This document shows, in pieces, positions 10,588 to 25,416 of a stretch of 64,000 nt of DNA. The stretch is from contig CM060733.1 of the NCBI GenBank assembly GCA_030704615.1, forward strand, positions 29,698,001 to 29,762,000. Direction: 5' to 3'. Below the pieces are notes generated by a model. That model saw only the letters and a program-made list of their open reading frames with translations, was not told the origin of the DNA and ran no database searches. The DNA comes from Takakia lepidozioides. Lineage: Eukaryota; Plantae; Bryophyta. The stretch's first letter is position 1; the number at the start of each line of letters is the position of its first letter. The translations under genes were made by a program, and so were the position numbers.

Positions 10588-12527
10588 ATTGAGATTCAAT
10601 TCTTAAAGACCTACACAGGAAGCCCAAAGACAACAGCCAGGACAGCCTATGTGACCCAAAGAAATGGACTGAGATCAACACCCAAAGACAAAGTGACTCA
10701 TAAAGGTTAGTGGCCTAACTCTCATCTTCTAAACGGGATCATCTTCTTGAGAGAGCAAAGAGAGATGATCACACACACATTCAACTTAGCCCTAGCTCTT
10801 TGCTGCCGTATACCCATGCACAGTGGTGACAGAGCAGAAAGGGGAAGCAGCTGGAGGAGTGGGATGGGATGATAGCAGAAGGAGGGCCACTATGGAGACG
10901 GAAGGTGTTCTGTTGTTGGAGGGGAAACCAAGAAAGAAGAAAGGAATTTCATAATGCCCACAGAGAAAGAAGGACCCTAGATCGAGCTACAAAAAGATCT
11001 GTCAAAATTAAAGAGAAAAAACTTGCAAGTGGACTGATTCTTAAGGTCATCATGGGTCTTGCAGCTCCTTGTGCAGGAGTGTGCTATTGAAATCACTTCA
11101 CATCTGTTCCGCTCCCCTGGAGAGCGGCTTCTACTGTTGCTGCGGTTGGCCCATGACACACCATTGAGGTGAGCTTTCTCTCTCTCTCTCTCTCCCTGCC
11201 CTTTTTCTCACCAGTCAACCACAGTTGGCACACCTATTGCAATGTAGAGGGCTGACAAGCAGCACTGGACTCAACCGTATGCTCTCTACTATCATCTCAA
11301 GGGCAGCACATAAACAACAGTGAATTCTCTGCAGGCCTATTCTTGTTGACTGTATTAGTGCTATTGGCTTTCACGTTGAGCGTCATATAGTGCAACCAGC
11401 CTAAGACCAGCATCTTTGAAACCTAGGGAAAATTCCTTGAATGAGTTATGTTCAGTCGAAAGAATTCATTGGCGAACTCTTGCCGTGTTTACGTGAAGAC
11501 ACGCATCTCACCTTCACAATCCTCTGGTCCCCACTGTGAATTGTTCAGTGGATCAAAAGTCTTTACTCTTGCTCCTGCCAAGAACTCGCGAGTCAAAAGA
11601 AGTCCCAAAATCGACGTTCATAGTAAGAACTGAAAGCTTAACAAGGCCTGCATGTGCGTGCACATTACGAAGAGGAAAGGCGGGCCAGGACAAATGCAGG
11701 ATCCACGTGTGCAAGAACAAGCAGGCATGAAGAAAGTTCTGGATGCATGTGACTTTCAGTCAACAGATTGAACAAAGACTAGGTACATGAGGGTTACCGC
11801 ATTCGAGTTGATTACTTGCTCTCATCTAAAAGACCGCGCTGGGCCATTGCAAATATCAGCAACATCCGGAAGCTCCAATGCACTGATCTATCCCCAGGAA
11901 GAAAAAGCACCAACACTGTAGGATCTGGTTGGTCTCTCAATTTGAAATTCAACAATCACTACCTCGTAGAGAGAAAGTAGCAGTTCTGATATCTCCTAGG
12001 TTTACTACACCAGACAATGTGCATCTGCCAGAAGTCCAACCTTGGTCTACAGTTTGGTACACAATTCTGCCCCCTTGGACTTGGAATGATTGCATTGGTT
12101 GCGTCGTGAATGCATTGACAAGCACAGATGTGAGAACATGGAGAGGAGGATAGGAAACCCATTGTTTATATGTTGGGGTTCTTAGAAAACATGAGCTTTG
12201 AAGCTTTGTTGAAATTCGAAATCTCAGGTCAGTCACAACTTGTCTGCATGTTCTTACCTGTATATCAATGTCTGAAGAGGGTTTCCATGCTCAAGGTGAT
12301 GCTCAAAGCTACACAGCTAAGGCTTTTTACCCAGGGTGTTGTCCTTGATAAATGTTCACCATCAGTCCTAGACCCAGAGTAGTAGTGAGGTAGTGCTTCC
12401 CGGCACTCGCAGAGAAATTCGTATATGTGGGTTGTGACGATGATTGCTTGCATGACTCAAAAGGCTATTAGCCGACAACACGAAGGTTTTAGCAAGGTGT
12501 CCAAAAAGCCTCTCATTTTAAGATAAT

Positions 12528-12866
12528 AGCGTCTTTATGGGCACGTGCGAGGTGGCCGGTGGGCCTCGTGCACGGACGCCCAGCTCCCCCTACCCCCCCT
12601 CGTTGCGCACGTTGCTACAGTCGTGGGCGCGGCTGTAGCAACTGCGGCCCACCAGCAGCGCCCGCGGCCAGTCTGCCTGCAAGTCCCCTGCCCATGAGTC
12701 CGCTGCCCTCTAGTTTGCCAGTCCGTTGCTGGCGAGTCGTTGCCCAGCAGTATGCCAGTCCGCTGGCCCGCTGCTGGCCAGTCCCCTGCCATCCAGTCCG
12801 CTAACGGCGCAAGATCTTCACCGTCCGTTCCCATAACCCATCCGAGCCCTCCATTTTTAGGGCTGC
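12528..12866 (+). repeat. MULE left TIR
   Basis: Reverse complement of ~37775-38158, through ccgtccgttcccataa..ccatcc.agccctccatttttagggctg. Confidence 0.9.
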
Positions 12867-13115
12867 AATTCAAACCTTTATCCCTGCCGCCTGCCACTTG
12901 CCAGCAACCGCGAACGTGTGTACTGTTATCCTGGTAGGTTGTCGATTGTGTCCTGGGTACTGCGACACGTTTCTTGCAAGTTTTGAAGCGTGTCATTTGT
13001 ACTGTACAGGGCATGGACGTGGAAGCAAAACCCGATGATATACTGATCACAAAAAGCCGGCTTATACGGCCTCTTCGACAATGTTTGCAGGAAAGATCTC
13101 CATTGGAAGAGTGAG

Positions 13116-16100
13116 ATGCAATATGGGTTTATGGGTGTGCGAGTGAATGTTCAAAAGGCTTGCATACCTTGGGATAGAATTGGTGACTTTGTCCTAGGAG
13201 AGGAGAGTTTGGAGGACTACCCCACTCAGTTTTGGGTGAATGTCCATTCTAAAGTGGAACCCGGCCCACGGCAGAAAAACAAAGAAAAATGGTTTGAAGG
13301 ATAAATTAGCATAGAGAAATGCAGTTTTTACAAGCAAATGTGCCCAGAGCCAATACATTTCTGTCCAGTATTACGTGTGCACCATCCTCAGTCTTTTTGA
13401 CGTTTCATTGCATGTCTGTTGCCATTTTTTGTTTCACGAGTGCTCTGATTTTATGCTTTCACAAGTCGATGGATATCGATTTTTGATTTTTATGTCCAGG
13501 TATCAATGCTGTTACGGTCCGGATGACAAGCGCACCAACAAGACAATAGTGGAGGATCCAAAACTGAAGCGTGGAGGACCTCTTGTGGGTGCTGGAACAT
13601 CTTGCCCTCATAAAGGCCCAAGGAGAAAGAAGTCGGAGTATGGAGAGTATTATAAGCGTGGTTGCCAATGTTGTTTCAAGGTCCAGCAATGCTACCTCGC
13701 CCCTGACATCTGTGTCCTCACGTATTACAACAACATGGAGCATAGAAATGCGCAAGGGAAACCCTCGCATGGGAAATCCGCTGAGTTCAAGAACACCCGC
13801 CACGCCTATGCACCAAACATTAGCGAGGAATTGAAAGCCTGGGTCGTCGAGTGTTTGTGTCAAGGCCTGTCGGTCGCCTAAATCATGATGAAACATAAAG
13901 AGCACGTGATGAACAACACCGACTTGGGCGATGCATGGACCTATGATGATTTCTTGTTGGAGCAAGATGTTCGCAACCTTGCCGAGAAACGTGTGTAACA
14001 AACCTTCAAAAAGCACGCCGATGATGCGGAGAGTGTGCGCATGTGGAGAGACCAAAATCTTGCGTCCGTTTTTTTCTATCAAGAAGAGAAATTAGAGCCA
14101 ACATTCGAGCATTTTGATGGAGATTTGACATTCACTATTGGCATACAGACTCCGTGGCAGAAACGACGAATGCTGGAACTAGGACATGCCCGTATCGTTG
14201 CATACAATGCAACTTTTGGGACAAATCATGACAATGTACTATTTGAACGATTCCATGGACTTGTGGGAGCATGATAACATAGTACCATGCAGTATTCACA
14301 TAAGATTTGGTGTGCTGACCCTTTCTGTATGTTTTCATATGTACGTTGCGGAAGACCGAGGGGCAGACCCACTGTGAACCGCTACAGACCTCATCACTCT
14401 TATGAAGTCTTCTCGTGCACAACTGAGCGGAATTTGCATGCTCTGACCATCTGACATTGTGCATTCGAACAATTCCCATTGTACACGTTGATGGTCTTCG
14501 ACGAGTGGTTGAACGGTATACCAGCTGCCTATATTCTATCCGCGAGAAATCGGACAACAGACTTGGTGCCGTGGATGAGAACCTTGCGCGATTCACTCCT
14601 CGTAGATATGCCGAGCTAGCGATCCAATGCCTTCATTGTGGACGATGCCGACGCAGAAATCAACGCTATTCGGTAAGTCTGTTGGTCCACAGCACCTGTC
14701 CATTGTCGAGGTCCGCTGCAGCAATCCATTGCTACAGTCCACTGGCAGACTCCTGTGGCGAACCCCGATGGCAGTCCGCTGGGCAAATCCACTGGCCAAG
14801 TCGTCCAGTGGGTCAGTCCACTGCGCCAGACAATTCATACAAGTCTGCTGGTAGTCCGCTCGTCAGTCCGCTGGCAAGTCCACTCAGCAGTCCCTGACAA
14901 GTCCGCTCGGCCGTCCGCTGCCAAGTCCACTCGGCAGTCCCTGGTAAGTCCGCTCGGCAGTCCGCTGCCCCAGTCCTAGCTACGGGGAAGTCCAACGGGG
15001 AAGTCCAATGGGCAGTCCAATGGGGTTATTCCAACACAACAAGGTTATAACATTGTACTGTTCACTGGGCGAGTCCAGTGGATCTGCCCGCTGATACAAA
15101 TCGCTGTTACAGTCCACTCCGGCAGTTCACCATTGCAGTCCGATCCCAAGACTCTAATGTGTACCATGTGTGTTGTGCAGAATTGTTTTTGAATGAGTAC
15201 TCATTTTCCTTTGCCTTTGACATGTCCGCAAGGCATGGGTGAAGCAATCATGCAAGAAAACGAAGGATCCGGTGACCGCTGTAAACTTGTTGAAGGATAT
15301 GGGAGACCTCATGTACTGTAGAGGACCACGCAACAAGAAAAGAACGCTTTGGTGGGTTGCAAGGAGAATCCGTCGTATGATGTCAAAATACCCGAAATGA
15401 CGTGAATTTCTTGACTATATCGAGCAGTATTGGAAGCCCAAAATAGGAATGTGATGTACAGCAGCCCGCCATGTCCTTCATGCTAGCCAAGACACAAATG
15501 CCAGCATTGAGGCATACCATGGAAATCTGAAGGCAAGACTTGCAATGGGGAAAGACAAGACGAGTGGTCGTAGAGTGGACTGGCTTATATGGGAACTCAC
15601 TGGCCGTGTGTTAACACACTACTGGTATGCAATCCATTTGAAGACCCACGGGTTCATAAAGAAATGACAAACATGAAAAGTACATATCCAATTCTATACT
15701 TGCAGCACAAGTCATTCATGCTGAGAATGTTACTCTTCCCTCGAGACCTAGTGAACTGAACCAGCTTATATTCTCAGCAGCAACCACCCCGGCACAACAT
15801 ACATTGTTTACAATCTTGATTGCGATTGGGCTTGTTGCACGTGTCCATGGGCAATGAAGGGAAACTTATGCAAGCATCAGGTCCGTGTCCTGAAGATGCT
15901 TCACCCTGACCTGCAGGATGGCCTCCTTGTGCGCACTTGTGGCACGACGCTGGGAACCATTCATGGAGGATTACCTAACTTGCTCTTGGGCAATGGTGCC
16001 GGCATCAACGACGAATCCAATTAGTTCATGGAAAGACCTCCTCCAGACGACTTCCCCTATGACGAGGTACCGCTGGAGGTCCCAGCCTCTATGGAACAAG

Positions 16101-16438
16101 AATTCGCGGACATACTTCGCATTGTAGGCGATGACAAATACCTGGAGGCACATACCCTATCTGCTCTTTGTATCTGCAGAAGGCAGCTCGTTGATATTAT
16201 GGCGAAAAGTGCGGCTGGAATGTTTCACCCTGCGGCAGCAAAGGCTTTCTGTCATCTGAACGACAATAACAACATGTCTCTGAAAAGGAGACGAGATTTC
16301 GTGGAGGCTTGGAAAACCCGGCCTAGGGTTTTACAGAGAATCACCAAGAGGGTGTCTGCACCTGCAACTGCAGCACATATATACTCGACAATTCGCAAGG
16401 TTTCAAGTCGTGTAGGTGTCACCGAGAAGACAATGTAA
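13116..16438 (+). pseudogene. MULE transposase with SWIM zinc finger (multi-exon, inactivated)
   Basis: RGCQCCF, IVAYNATFGTN (first catalytic D appears as N), FIVDDADAEINAI, CL*HVRKAW, DTNASIEAYHGNLK, RRVDWLIWEL, SWIM WACCTCPWAMKGNLCKHQ (~15828-15880). Several premature stops. Confidence 0.85.
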
Positions 16439-17245
16439 TTCTACAATTCATCTAGTAGCATTGTCCCTTTCTGAAATACAAGTCCGTCAGTCTGGTGGCA
16501 TGCGCACACAACACTGAGTCCACTTTCATGTGCACATTAACAACACTCATCTACAGTCTCCACAATCCCAGCAGACTCCGGCACAAACTCCTATCAGACT
16601 CCTGCAGGGTCCCCCAACGGACTCCTGCACAGTCTCCCAACTGTCTCCCACACAGTCTCCTAACGGACTCCTGCACAGTCGGGGAACAGACTCCTGCACA
16701 GTCTCCCAACAGACTCCCGCAGTCTCCCAACACACTCATGTCAGCAGACTGCGCACGCCAGTAAGCCAGTCTGCTGCCCAGTTCACTGTCCCTCCACACT
16801 CCGAACGTCTGCTCACCACACTCCCACCTCATTCCTGCAACTCTCCCAACAGACTGCTGGACAGACTAAGTCTCAAGCAGACTTATCCACAACAGCAGAC
16901 TCAAAATGGACAGGCTCGTAGTGGACTACCTCCCTTACGACTCATGCCGCGACAGCGTCCCAGCGGACTCATGGACTGAACAGACTAGGTACCAGACCCA
17001 CCAGTCCCATCCTCGGCAGCATACTGCTCGCACATTCAAGCTCAGCAAACTCGGGTACACAGTGCATGAAAAAATTTAGACCATTGTGTCCATTGAGTTC
17101 AATGACAATATTACAAAAACATGTCAGCACCCATAGTACACAAAAGTGTTCATCAATCACCACTGGAATAAAAAACGAAAAGACTCGCATTCTTTATTAT
17201 GGTACACAGACTTCACAAGACAAGTACATCATACTCATGAGGTAA

Positions 17246-18209
17246 TGTTAGAGGGCTGCTTGGGACTTAGACGCTTTTACGGGTTCTGTGGGGTACCCTT
17301 AATTTTTGCGCAGACTTATGAATGGTAGACTGAGACCAACAAGAGCCTTAGGGGTGGCAGGCGCAAGCTTTAAGGGGGGTAGACAACTTGTCATAGTCTA
17401 TCACAGCCAGACACAACCCGACACAGCTTCGCACATCCAGTCACAGCCCGATACAGCTTTACACAGCCCGTCACAGTCTATCACAGCCAGACACAGTCTG
17501 ACACAGCCCGACACAGCTTCGCACAGCCAGTCACAGTCCGACATAGCTTTACACAGCCAGTCACAGCTCGGCACAGCTTGACACAGCCTGTCATAGTGTA
17601 CATGGGGAACAGTTATCATTGACAAGGAACGACTGTGTGGGAACGACATCTGCAGAGGGAACGTGTTGCTTCAGGGGTGACAGTTAGAACAGCTTGCGGG
17701 TAGATTAGACAGGGCGGCAACATGAAGAGATCATTTCTTGAGGAGGGCGACTTGTTCAGGAGAGGAGGAGACGTAACGGAGAGCGGAAACAGTGAAGAGG
17801 AGATGATGACTTGATTGAGGCTTAATTCATGCAAGCTGTAAAATTATACAATAGGGTAGATTAGGGACACCATGGCATAGGCATGATACATGATTAATCT
17901 TAATCCGATACTAAATCGATACAAACTCATACTGTGTAGAGAGACATGAGAGAAGCTATGGAATGAATGCATGATTAATTGGAACTTAGTAGATTACTGA
18001 AGCAATCTGATGCTTCAGTATACATGGTAAGGTAAATTGATAACATGAAGGCAAGAAGGAATACAAATAGGAAGCACAACCATGATTCACTAGCTGTAGG
18101 TCATGACTGATTGTTCTGAGCGGGCTGAGTGCTTAGAGATATCCAACTCTTCTATCTTGGAGTTTCCACCTCGGAAGCGAAGGGATGGGTGAATAAAAGC
18201 TGTTCGACA
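17246..18209 (+). repeat. Gypsy 5' LTR (964 bp) containing 10-bp cacagcccga-type tandem array
   Basis: Highly similar to 29385-30436; TG...CA termini. Confidence 0.93.
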
Positions 18210-18211
18210 TT

Positions 18212-18229
18212 TGGCGATCATACTGGGGA
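18212..18229 (+). other. Primer-binding site, probably tRNA-Arg
   Basis: TGGCGAtcatACTGGGGA just after the LTR end; resembles the complement of plant tRNA-Arg 3' ends (from recall, not searched). Confidence 0.6.
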
Positions 18230-18809
18230 ACTGGGTCATGAACAACCAGATGTGACAGACATCTGGTGGGATCATGGTGGTTGGAGAATTAAAGAATTTG
18301 ATATGAATCAAATTCCCTGTGGAACTGAGAAGGAAAGATTGTCCAAACAATTCTTTCAGAGGTTCTTGGAATTGCCAGACGGTTGTAAAGAAAACATTCT
18401 TAAGAGAGTGCATGATGCTGACCCTGAGTGGGGTCTGGAGAAAGGAGTGATAAAGATTTATCAGGTGGCCTATAGAGGAAGAGCACGTTGGTTACCAACA
18501 CTGGTTTATGTGATAGCATTGCTATCCATTAAGCGAGTAGAGTTTGAAGGCTGGGAGGAAAGGAAGGTGAATGTTTATACTCATATGCATGAGGAGCTTA
18601 TACTGGTAAAGAATTGGATTCCAAAGGATATTCTGTGGATCAAACTCACACCAAGAACAGACTTGTTTGCCATATGGTTATATGGTAACGGAGACTTCTA
18701 GTATAGCCAAGGGTGCATTGAAGCTTGAAAGAAACCCAGGCATATACGAGAGATACTACAGAAGAGAGTTTTGGTATTTGCCACATTAAAGAAATGAAAG
18801 ACATGGGAC

Positions 18810-21800
18810 ATGAGTGATGAAAGAGAAGCTAGACTCCAGAGATATTCAGCAAAAAGAGAAAGTTATCTGAAAGCTAATTATCCATATCTTTGGGAGAGAG
18901 GAATAGACATAGGGGAATCATCTGGACCTCTCACACCATTAAGATCAGAGAGTACATCACCCATACCGGAAGAACTAGAGTTGGATGCCACTCCTTCTTT
19001 TTCTTTGCAAGAAAGATTAAGGGAATTGGTACAGGAAGAAGATCAACCACGAGGTGAAAGATCTGAGGTACATCCCTGGATAAATGATTTGACATAAATC
19101 TTTGATAAGAGTTGGCATGGAACACCAAAAGCATGAACTCCAGTTTCTGAAACAGAAGATGAAGAAGGAGGAGAGGATGTGGAAGAGCCAACGGAGAGTT
19201 CAAACTCTCCAACACCATTGCAATTGAGTTACATGAGTGAAGAAGAAGAAACCCAAGGGCAGAACTTGGAAGATGAAAACAGGGAGAAGAAATTGGAAGA
19301 TGAAGAGTATGAAGAAGTAGACCCAACAGCTGAGGTTGAGACTACAACCAGGACATCCCAACCCGTTGGACTTGGATCAAGTGGAGCACTTGGATCACAG
19401 GCCAACGAAGGTGTCGGCTCAGGGGGATCAGGCGGGCAGCCTGGATCTGGCTCTGGGGGGCCAAGGAGTGTGGGAAGTAGTGCAACTGGAGCTGGGAATA
19501 CTGTGAATACAGTGGGGCCAGTAGCAGGGAGTGCTCAGGGGCCAGCACTTGGTGGAAGTTCCACCACATTTACCACAAGTCCTCAAGGACCAACACCAAC
19601 AAGGGGGCCATCACCTGTCAGTGGGCAGGGGGTAGGGCCACAGATGGCGTTACAACCAACACGGACAAAACCACCTTTTCCAATATATTCAGGAAAAGGG
19701 GATCCTGATGTACACATTAGTCAATTTGAGCACATGTGTATTGTGAACAATGAGAATGGCGATGATGCCAAGATGAGACTGTTTCCTTGTTCACTTATAA
19801 AGAAAGCAAGTGAATGGTATGCAAGATTCCCTGATAATCATTTCCTAACCTGGAATGGCTTGAATACAACATTCCGAAATAGGTTCAGGACAAGTAAAAC
19901 TGAGGATGAAGTGTATGGAAGTTTACAATAGTTAAAGCAAAAGAAGCATGAAACTGTTGAGGAGTATATGGAAAAGATGGAATTGATGATGAAAAAGTTG
20001 ATTGCTGTACCAGCACCAGGTTTACAGAAGACTTGGTTTGTGAGTGGACTAAGACCAGAGTTGCAAAAGAAAGTAGATATATTACCCCATAATACAGTGG
20101 AGGAGGCATTTGAAACAGCGAATAGAATTGAGCAATTGGGAATGCTCAAGAGAGAAAAAAAAGATGATGAGGACTCTGAGGATGAGTCAGATGAGGAAAA
20201 GAGCAAGAGCTTAAGAGGAAGAGTAAGAGGAAGGAAAAGTTGAAGAGGGATAACTATGAGAAAAGATTAGAAGAAATCTTGAAGAAGTATGCCACAGAGG
20301 CTGCAACACATTGGAGGAAGGGTGTTTGGTGTACAAAATGCCAGAATGAAGGCCATACCACCACTGAATGCCACATGAAGGAGAAACACTGTACTATCTG
20401 TAAAATGGATAACCATTCTACTGAGAATTGTTATTACAACAGAAGGACAGCTGCAAGAGAACCTAGGCAAGTAAGGGTGCATCAAGTGCAACCCCAGCCA
20501 AGAAGAAACAGTGATCAGGACCACTATGGTAGGCCTAGTGGTTATAACAATGGCATGGAAGGGAGAGGTAATCCAAGAAGGAATTACTAAGGAAATTCCA
20601 GAGGCAACTATCAGGGTAATCCAAGGGGGAATTACCAGCCAGGGAATCAGGATTACAGAAACAATCCCAAAACAGACCAAGGGCGAGGACCTAATGGGGA
20701 AGAACTGTGTTACTATTGTAATCAGGCAGGACATCGCAAGGCAGCCTGTCCATTCTGGATCAGACACCAGAATGAGATGAGAGCTCATGTGAATGAGGGG
20801 CCAGTGGTGGCAGCTCACATGGTTAGGCCATGTGTTGTACCAGAAGTAAGTACAATGATAGTAACCAGAAGCAAAGCTAAATTAATACCTCCAGTAGATG
20901 AGGAAAGTGATGATAATGAAGATGGCAGTGATGTGCCTGAAGATGATGAGGCTTGGAGAGATGAGAAGGAACTGCACAAGGAAGTGGCAGATACCATAAG
21001 GGAAATGCAGAAGAGTACTGATATTCCTATGGCAGATTCCTCTGATTCTGAAAGAGAAGAGGAAGTGAGTGAGGATGAAGGGAAGAAAGAAGCTGCAGAA
21101 ATGCAGAGTAATGAAGGGACTTTGGCTGAAGTAATATGCCAGTCCAAAGCGGAGATTACCATTGGACAGCTATTGGCTGTGGCACCTTATTGTAGGCACA
21201 GGCTGTATCAAGCAATCAATCAGATTGCCCATGTGACAAGGAACACAGACCTGAACAGCAAGGTGACCAGTTATAATGTGAAGTCGGAAGGGCGAGAAAC
21301 AGTCATGGACTTTGATGATTCTATGCCAGTAATCCAATTGAGAATTGGAAGCACAGAACTAACTGATGTACTGATAGATGGAGGCTCTGGAGTGAATATC
21401 ATGACAGACCAATTAAAGCAAAAGCTTGGTCTAAGTAACATGAAACCAGCCCCATTTACAGTAACAATGGCAGATCAAAGAAGTGTTCAGCCATTGGGAT
21501 TGATAAGAGGAGTTAAGATACAGATTCAAAAGATGATCTTTAAGATCACAGTAACTGTGTTGAAAATGGATGAAGTTATGGAAGCTTACTCCTTATTGCT
21601 GGGTCGACCGTGGCTGAAACAGGCCAGGGTATTCCATGACTGGAATTCCCAGTTACTAACTGTGCATGATGGGATACACAAGATACAAATCACCACTAAG
21701 AAAAATCTAGTAGACTACCTGCTACGAGAAGACCTCGAGGGGTCAGGGAGTATGACTGGAGGGGAGGACTTGATGAGGAGCAGGAAGCTACCCTGTTTGC

Positions 21801-24800
21801 TGCACACCCAGAGTGGGAGCAGGTTACAGAGATGCAACTGGAAGGCCTAAGTTGTTTAAAAGGTATCTGCTGTGGTGTAGTGACAGCAACACCAATTGAG
21901 GGTGAAACAAACAGTTACCCACCACATTTCTATGAAGAAAGAGAGGGAGAAATGGAAATCCTAGAGGAATAAGCCATTGTGAGTTTACAGGATGAAGTGA
22001 TGACTGGTTGGACAATCAGAGCTGATGAGCAGGTGAGAGAAGTGAATGTGGGAACTGAAGAGGAACCGAGGATGGTGAAGGTAGGGGCTGATTTGGAGCC
22101 TGAATTCTTTGAGGAAGCTAAGAGTCTGTTCATCAAATACAGAGATGTATTTGCTTGGAGCTACGAGGATCTGAAAGGGATACCACCTGAGATCTGTCAG
22201 CATAAGATTGAACTGGAACCAGGATCAGTACCAATCAAACATGCAAGGTACAAAATGAATCCCAACTATGCACAGAAGGTTGGGGAAGAGATCAAGAAGT
22301 TGGCTGAGGCTAAGTTTATATACCCGATAGAGTATACAATTTGGTTGTCACCCATTGTGATAGTTCCCAAGAAGAATGGTAAACTGAGAGTTTGTGTGAA
22401 CTATAAGAAGTTGAATGCTTGTACGAAGAAATATTCTTTCCCTTTGCCATTCACAGAAGCGGTATTGGACACTGTGGCAGGCCATGAGATGTACTCATTC
22501 ATGGATGGCTTCAGTGGTTATAATCAAGTGCAAGTGGCAGAAGAAGACCAGGGAAAAACAGCTGACATCACAGACTAGGGTGCTTATGCATACAAAGTCA
22601 TGTCTTTTGGACTTTGTAATGCAGCAACAACTTTCCAGAGAGTGATAAGTGAATATTTTCATGAGTATCTGGATGATTTCATGCAGGTGTTCTTGGATTA
22701 TTTCATTGTGTACAGTTCTAAGAATGAGCACTTGCATAAATTGGAGTTATGTTTGGCCAGATGCAGGATGAGAGGTCTGGGCCTGAATCCAGAGAAGTGT
22801 ACTTTCTGTGTGAACTCAAGGGTGCTTTTGGGACACATTGTGTGTAAGAGGGGACTTCTTGTGGATCCCAGAAAGACAGAGGCCATTAAAGCCTCTCCAC
22901 CACCAGTAAATGTTAAGAGTCTAAGGAGATTCCTTGGACAAACAAGTTATTACAGAAGATTTGTCAGACGGTATGCACAGATAGCAGCACCATTGAGCAA
23001 GCTTCTGAATAAAGATGCAATGTTTGCATGGACAGCTGAATGTCACTAGGCTTTTGAGGAACTTACATTGTCAGTAACAACTATACCTGTGCTGATTGAC
23101 CCTCACTGACATGTAGTATTTCATGTTCACTGTGATGCCTCAGGAGAAGCGTTGGGAGCAGTGTTAGCCCAAAATGTTACAGGAAACATAGATTCACCTG
23201 TGTACGATTCTAGCAAGTTGATGAACAGTGCTGAAAGGAACTATAGCACAACTGAAAGAGAAGCACTGGCAATGATTTATGCAGTCAAGAAATTCAGACA
23301 TTACCTATTGGGAAAGAAGTTTATGTTTTATGTGGATCATCAGGCTCTGATTTATTTGGTGAACAAGCCTTTGATAAGTGGAAGGATAGCAAGGTGGTTA
23401 ATAATCTTACATGAGTTTGAGTTCGAAGTTGTTTACAAGCCTGGCCGTTTGCATCTTGTGGCAGATCACTTGTCACGCCTATCAACAGGAGAGCCCGCTA
23501 CAGGAGTAGACGACCAACTACCTGATGCGAGTTTGTTTGCAGTGGAGGTGCAGGGAAGTGCTAACCAGTGGCCAATCAGATACTACCTTACTCATGGTCA
23601 GTGCCCACCTAGTTATGGAAATGAGCAGAAGAAGAGAATCGCTATCAAGGCTTTAGCTTATACTATGGTAGGGGGCAGAATATATAAGCTAGGATCTGAT
23701 GGAGTACTTAAACGATGCTTGTACCACCATGAAGTAAATAAAGTTTTGGAGGAAGTTCATAAATGAGTGGCTGGAGGTCATTTTGGAGAAGAGACTACTA
23801 GTAGAAAGATACTACTTGCAGGTTACTGGTGGCCTACTTTGTTCAAGGATGTACACAAGTATTGTAAGAGTTGTGATGAGTGTCAGAGGCTAGGACCATT
23901 GCAGAGATCTGGGAAGATGGCTTTGCATCCTACGATGTCTCCTAAACCATTTCAGAAATGGGGACTAGACTTTGTTGGACCAATTAACCCACCAGCCAAG
24001 AATACACAGAACAAGTATATAATCACAGCCAATGATTATACTACAAAGTGGGTGGAAGCTAAAGCTTTGAGGGACAACACAGCTAAGTCCACATCAAGGT
24101 TCCTGTATGAGAACATACTTACAAGATTTGGCTGTCCCCTGGAATTTATCAGTGACCAGGGAAGTCACTTCATTAATGAGACCATAGAACTATTGACTAA
24201 AAAGTTCATGATTGTGCATAGGAACAGTACAACTTATTACCCACAGGATAATGGGCAGGCAGAGGCTACCAACAAAATACTATGTACTATCTTGGCTAAG
24301 ATAGTCAATGCAAACAGAACAGATTGGGATACAAAGCTGTTGACGGCTTTGTGGTCATATAGGACTTTATATAAAGTCACCACTAAGTATATACCATTCC
24401 AATTAGTTTATGGTATGGAAGCTTTACTTCTAGTGGAGTTCTTGTTACCTACCATGAGAACGGAATGGGGAAGGAGAATGGAATTGGAAGATTCAATTAA
24501 GGTCATCATGTGGAAGAAGTACGTGCTGATGCAGCAGATAGCATGACCAGAATTCAGATTAAGAGGAAGGATCAATTTGATGAAGGTAAACTGAAAACTT
24601 TTAAGACGGGTGATTTGGTTCTGTGGTTGCAGAAGAAGGGGAAGATTAAGGCTTCTAAGCTTAAATCACCATGGAAAGGACCTTATATCATACAGAAGAT
24701 GTATGATAACAACACCGCCATGTTACAAACCATTAACAAAGAGATGTTGGGAAGAGTCAATGCCAATAAGTTGAAAGGATACAGTGGTATCCACGACAAA

Positions 24801-25079
24801 CCATTGCAACATGATTTGCATATTGAAACACAGACACAGTCACGGGCTGCACCGGTAATACCAACGGAGCATGAAGCACTTGTCGTAAAGCCAAATGTGT
24901 ATGGCCTGAGCGGAGAACACGGGTGTTCGCACAGTTATCACAGCCCATCACAGTGTCACACAACCTATCACAGTCCACCACAGTTAGACACAGCCTGTCA
25001 CAGCCCAACACAGCCCATGCGGGTTACACAGTCCATAGGGTCAGTGACAGGTGGACGCGGGTTACCGTCAGAAAAGTAG
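18810..25079 (+). pseudogene. Gypsy gag-pol (three CCHC knuckles, aspartic protease, RT, RNase H, integrase) with stops and frameshifts
   Basis: FPIYSGKGDPDVHI, CTKCQNEGHTTTEC, CTICKMDNHSTENC, CYYCNQAGHRKAAC, LIDGGSGVN, WLSPIVIVPKKNGKLRVC, DGFSGYNQ, VFLDYF (catalytic D lost), CDASG, GGHF...CDEC, WGLDFVGP, SDQGSHF, WKGPY. Confidence 0.93.
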
Positions 25080-25416
25080 CCGTCAAGTGAAAGAGAAGTT
25101 TGGAAGTCAAACTCGGAGAATGTGCCACGCAAACAGGGGAAGTCGGAGACATGTCTAAAAACGAACACGTGGTCACTAGGGCGAAGCACACTGCTGTGCA
25201 TAAATTGCAGAAGTGGGTATCATCATGCAAGAGAACAAATCGGCCGTCAAAGTACCTACCCGGTACATCAGCCAAAACTATTTGTGGGCCCATTAATGCA
25301 TTTGGGGCAGGGGTAACGGAACCATTTCCGAGTACAGAAAAGAGGGATTTTTACCACATGTGCTGTCCTAACCTTGAGTCTTAAAGAAACTCCCTTCTTG
25401 GAATAGATTCCTTATC

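Noticed and set aside
11560-11830. Possible IF3 C-terminal-like fragments (SPKIDVH, EGYRIRV; also ~6790-6890)
   Set aside because: Too short and interrupted to support without a search.
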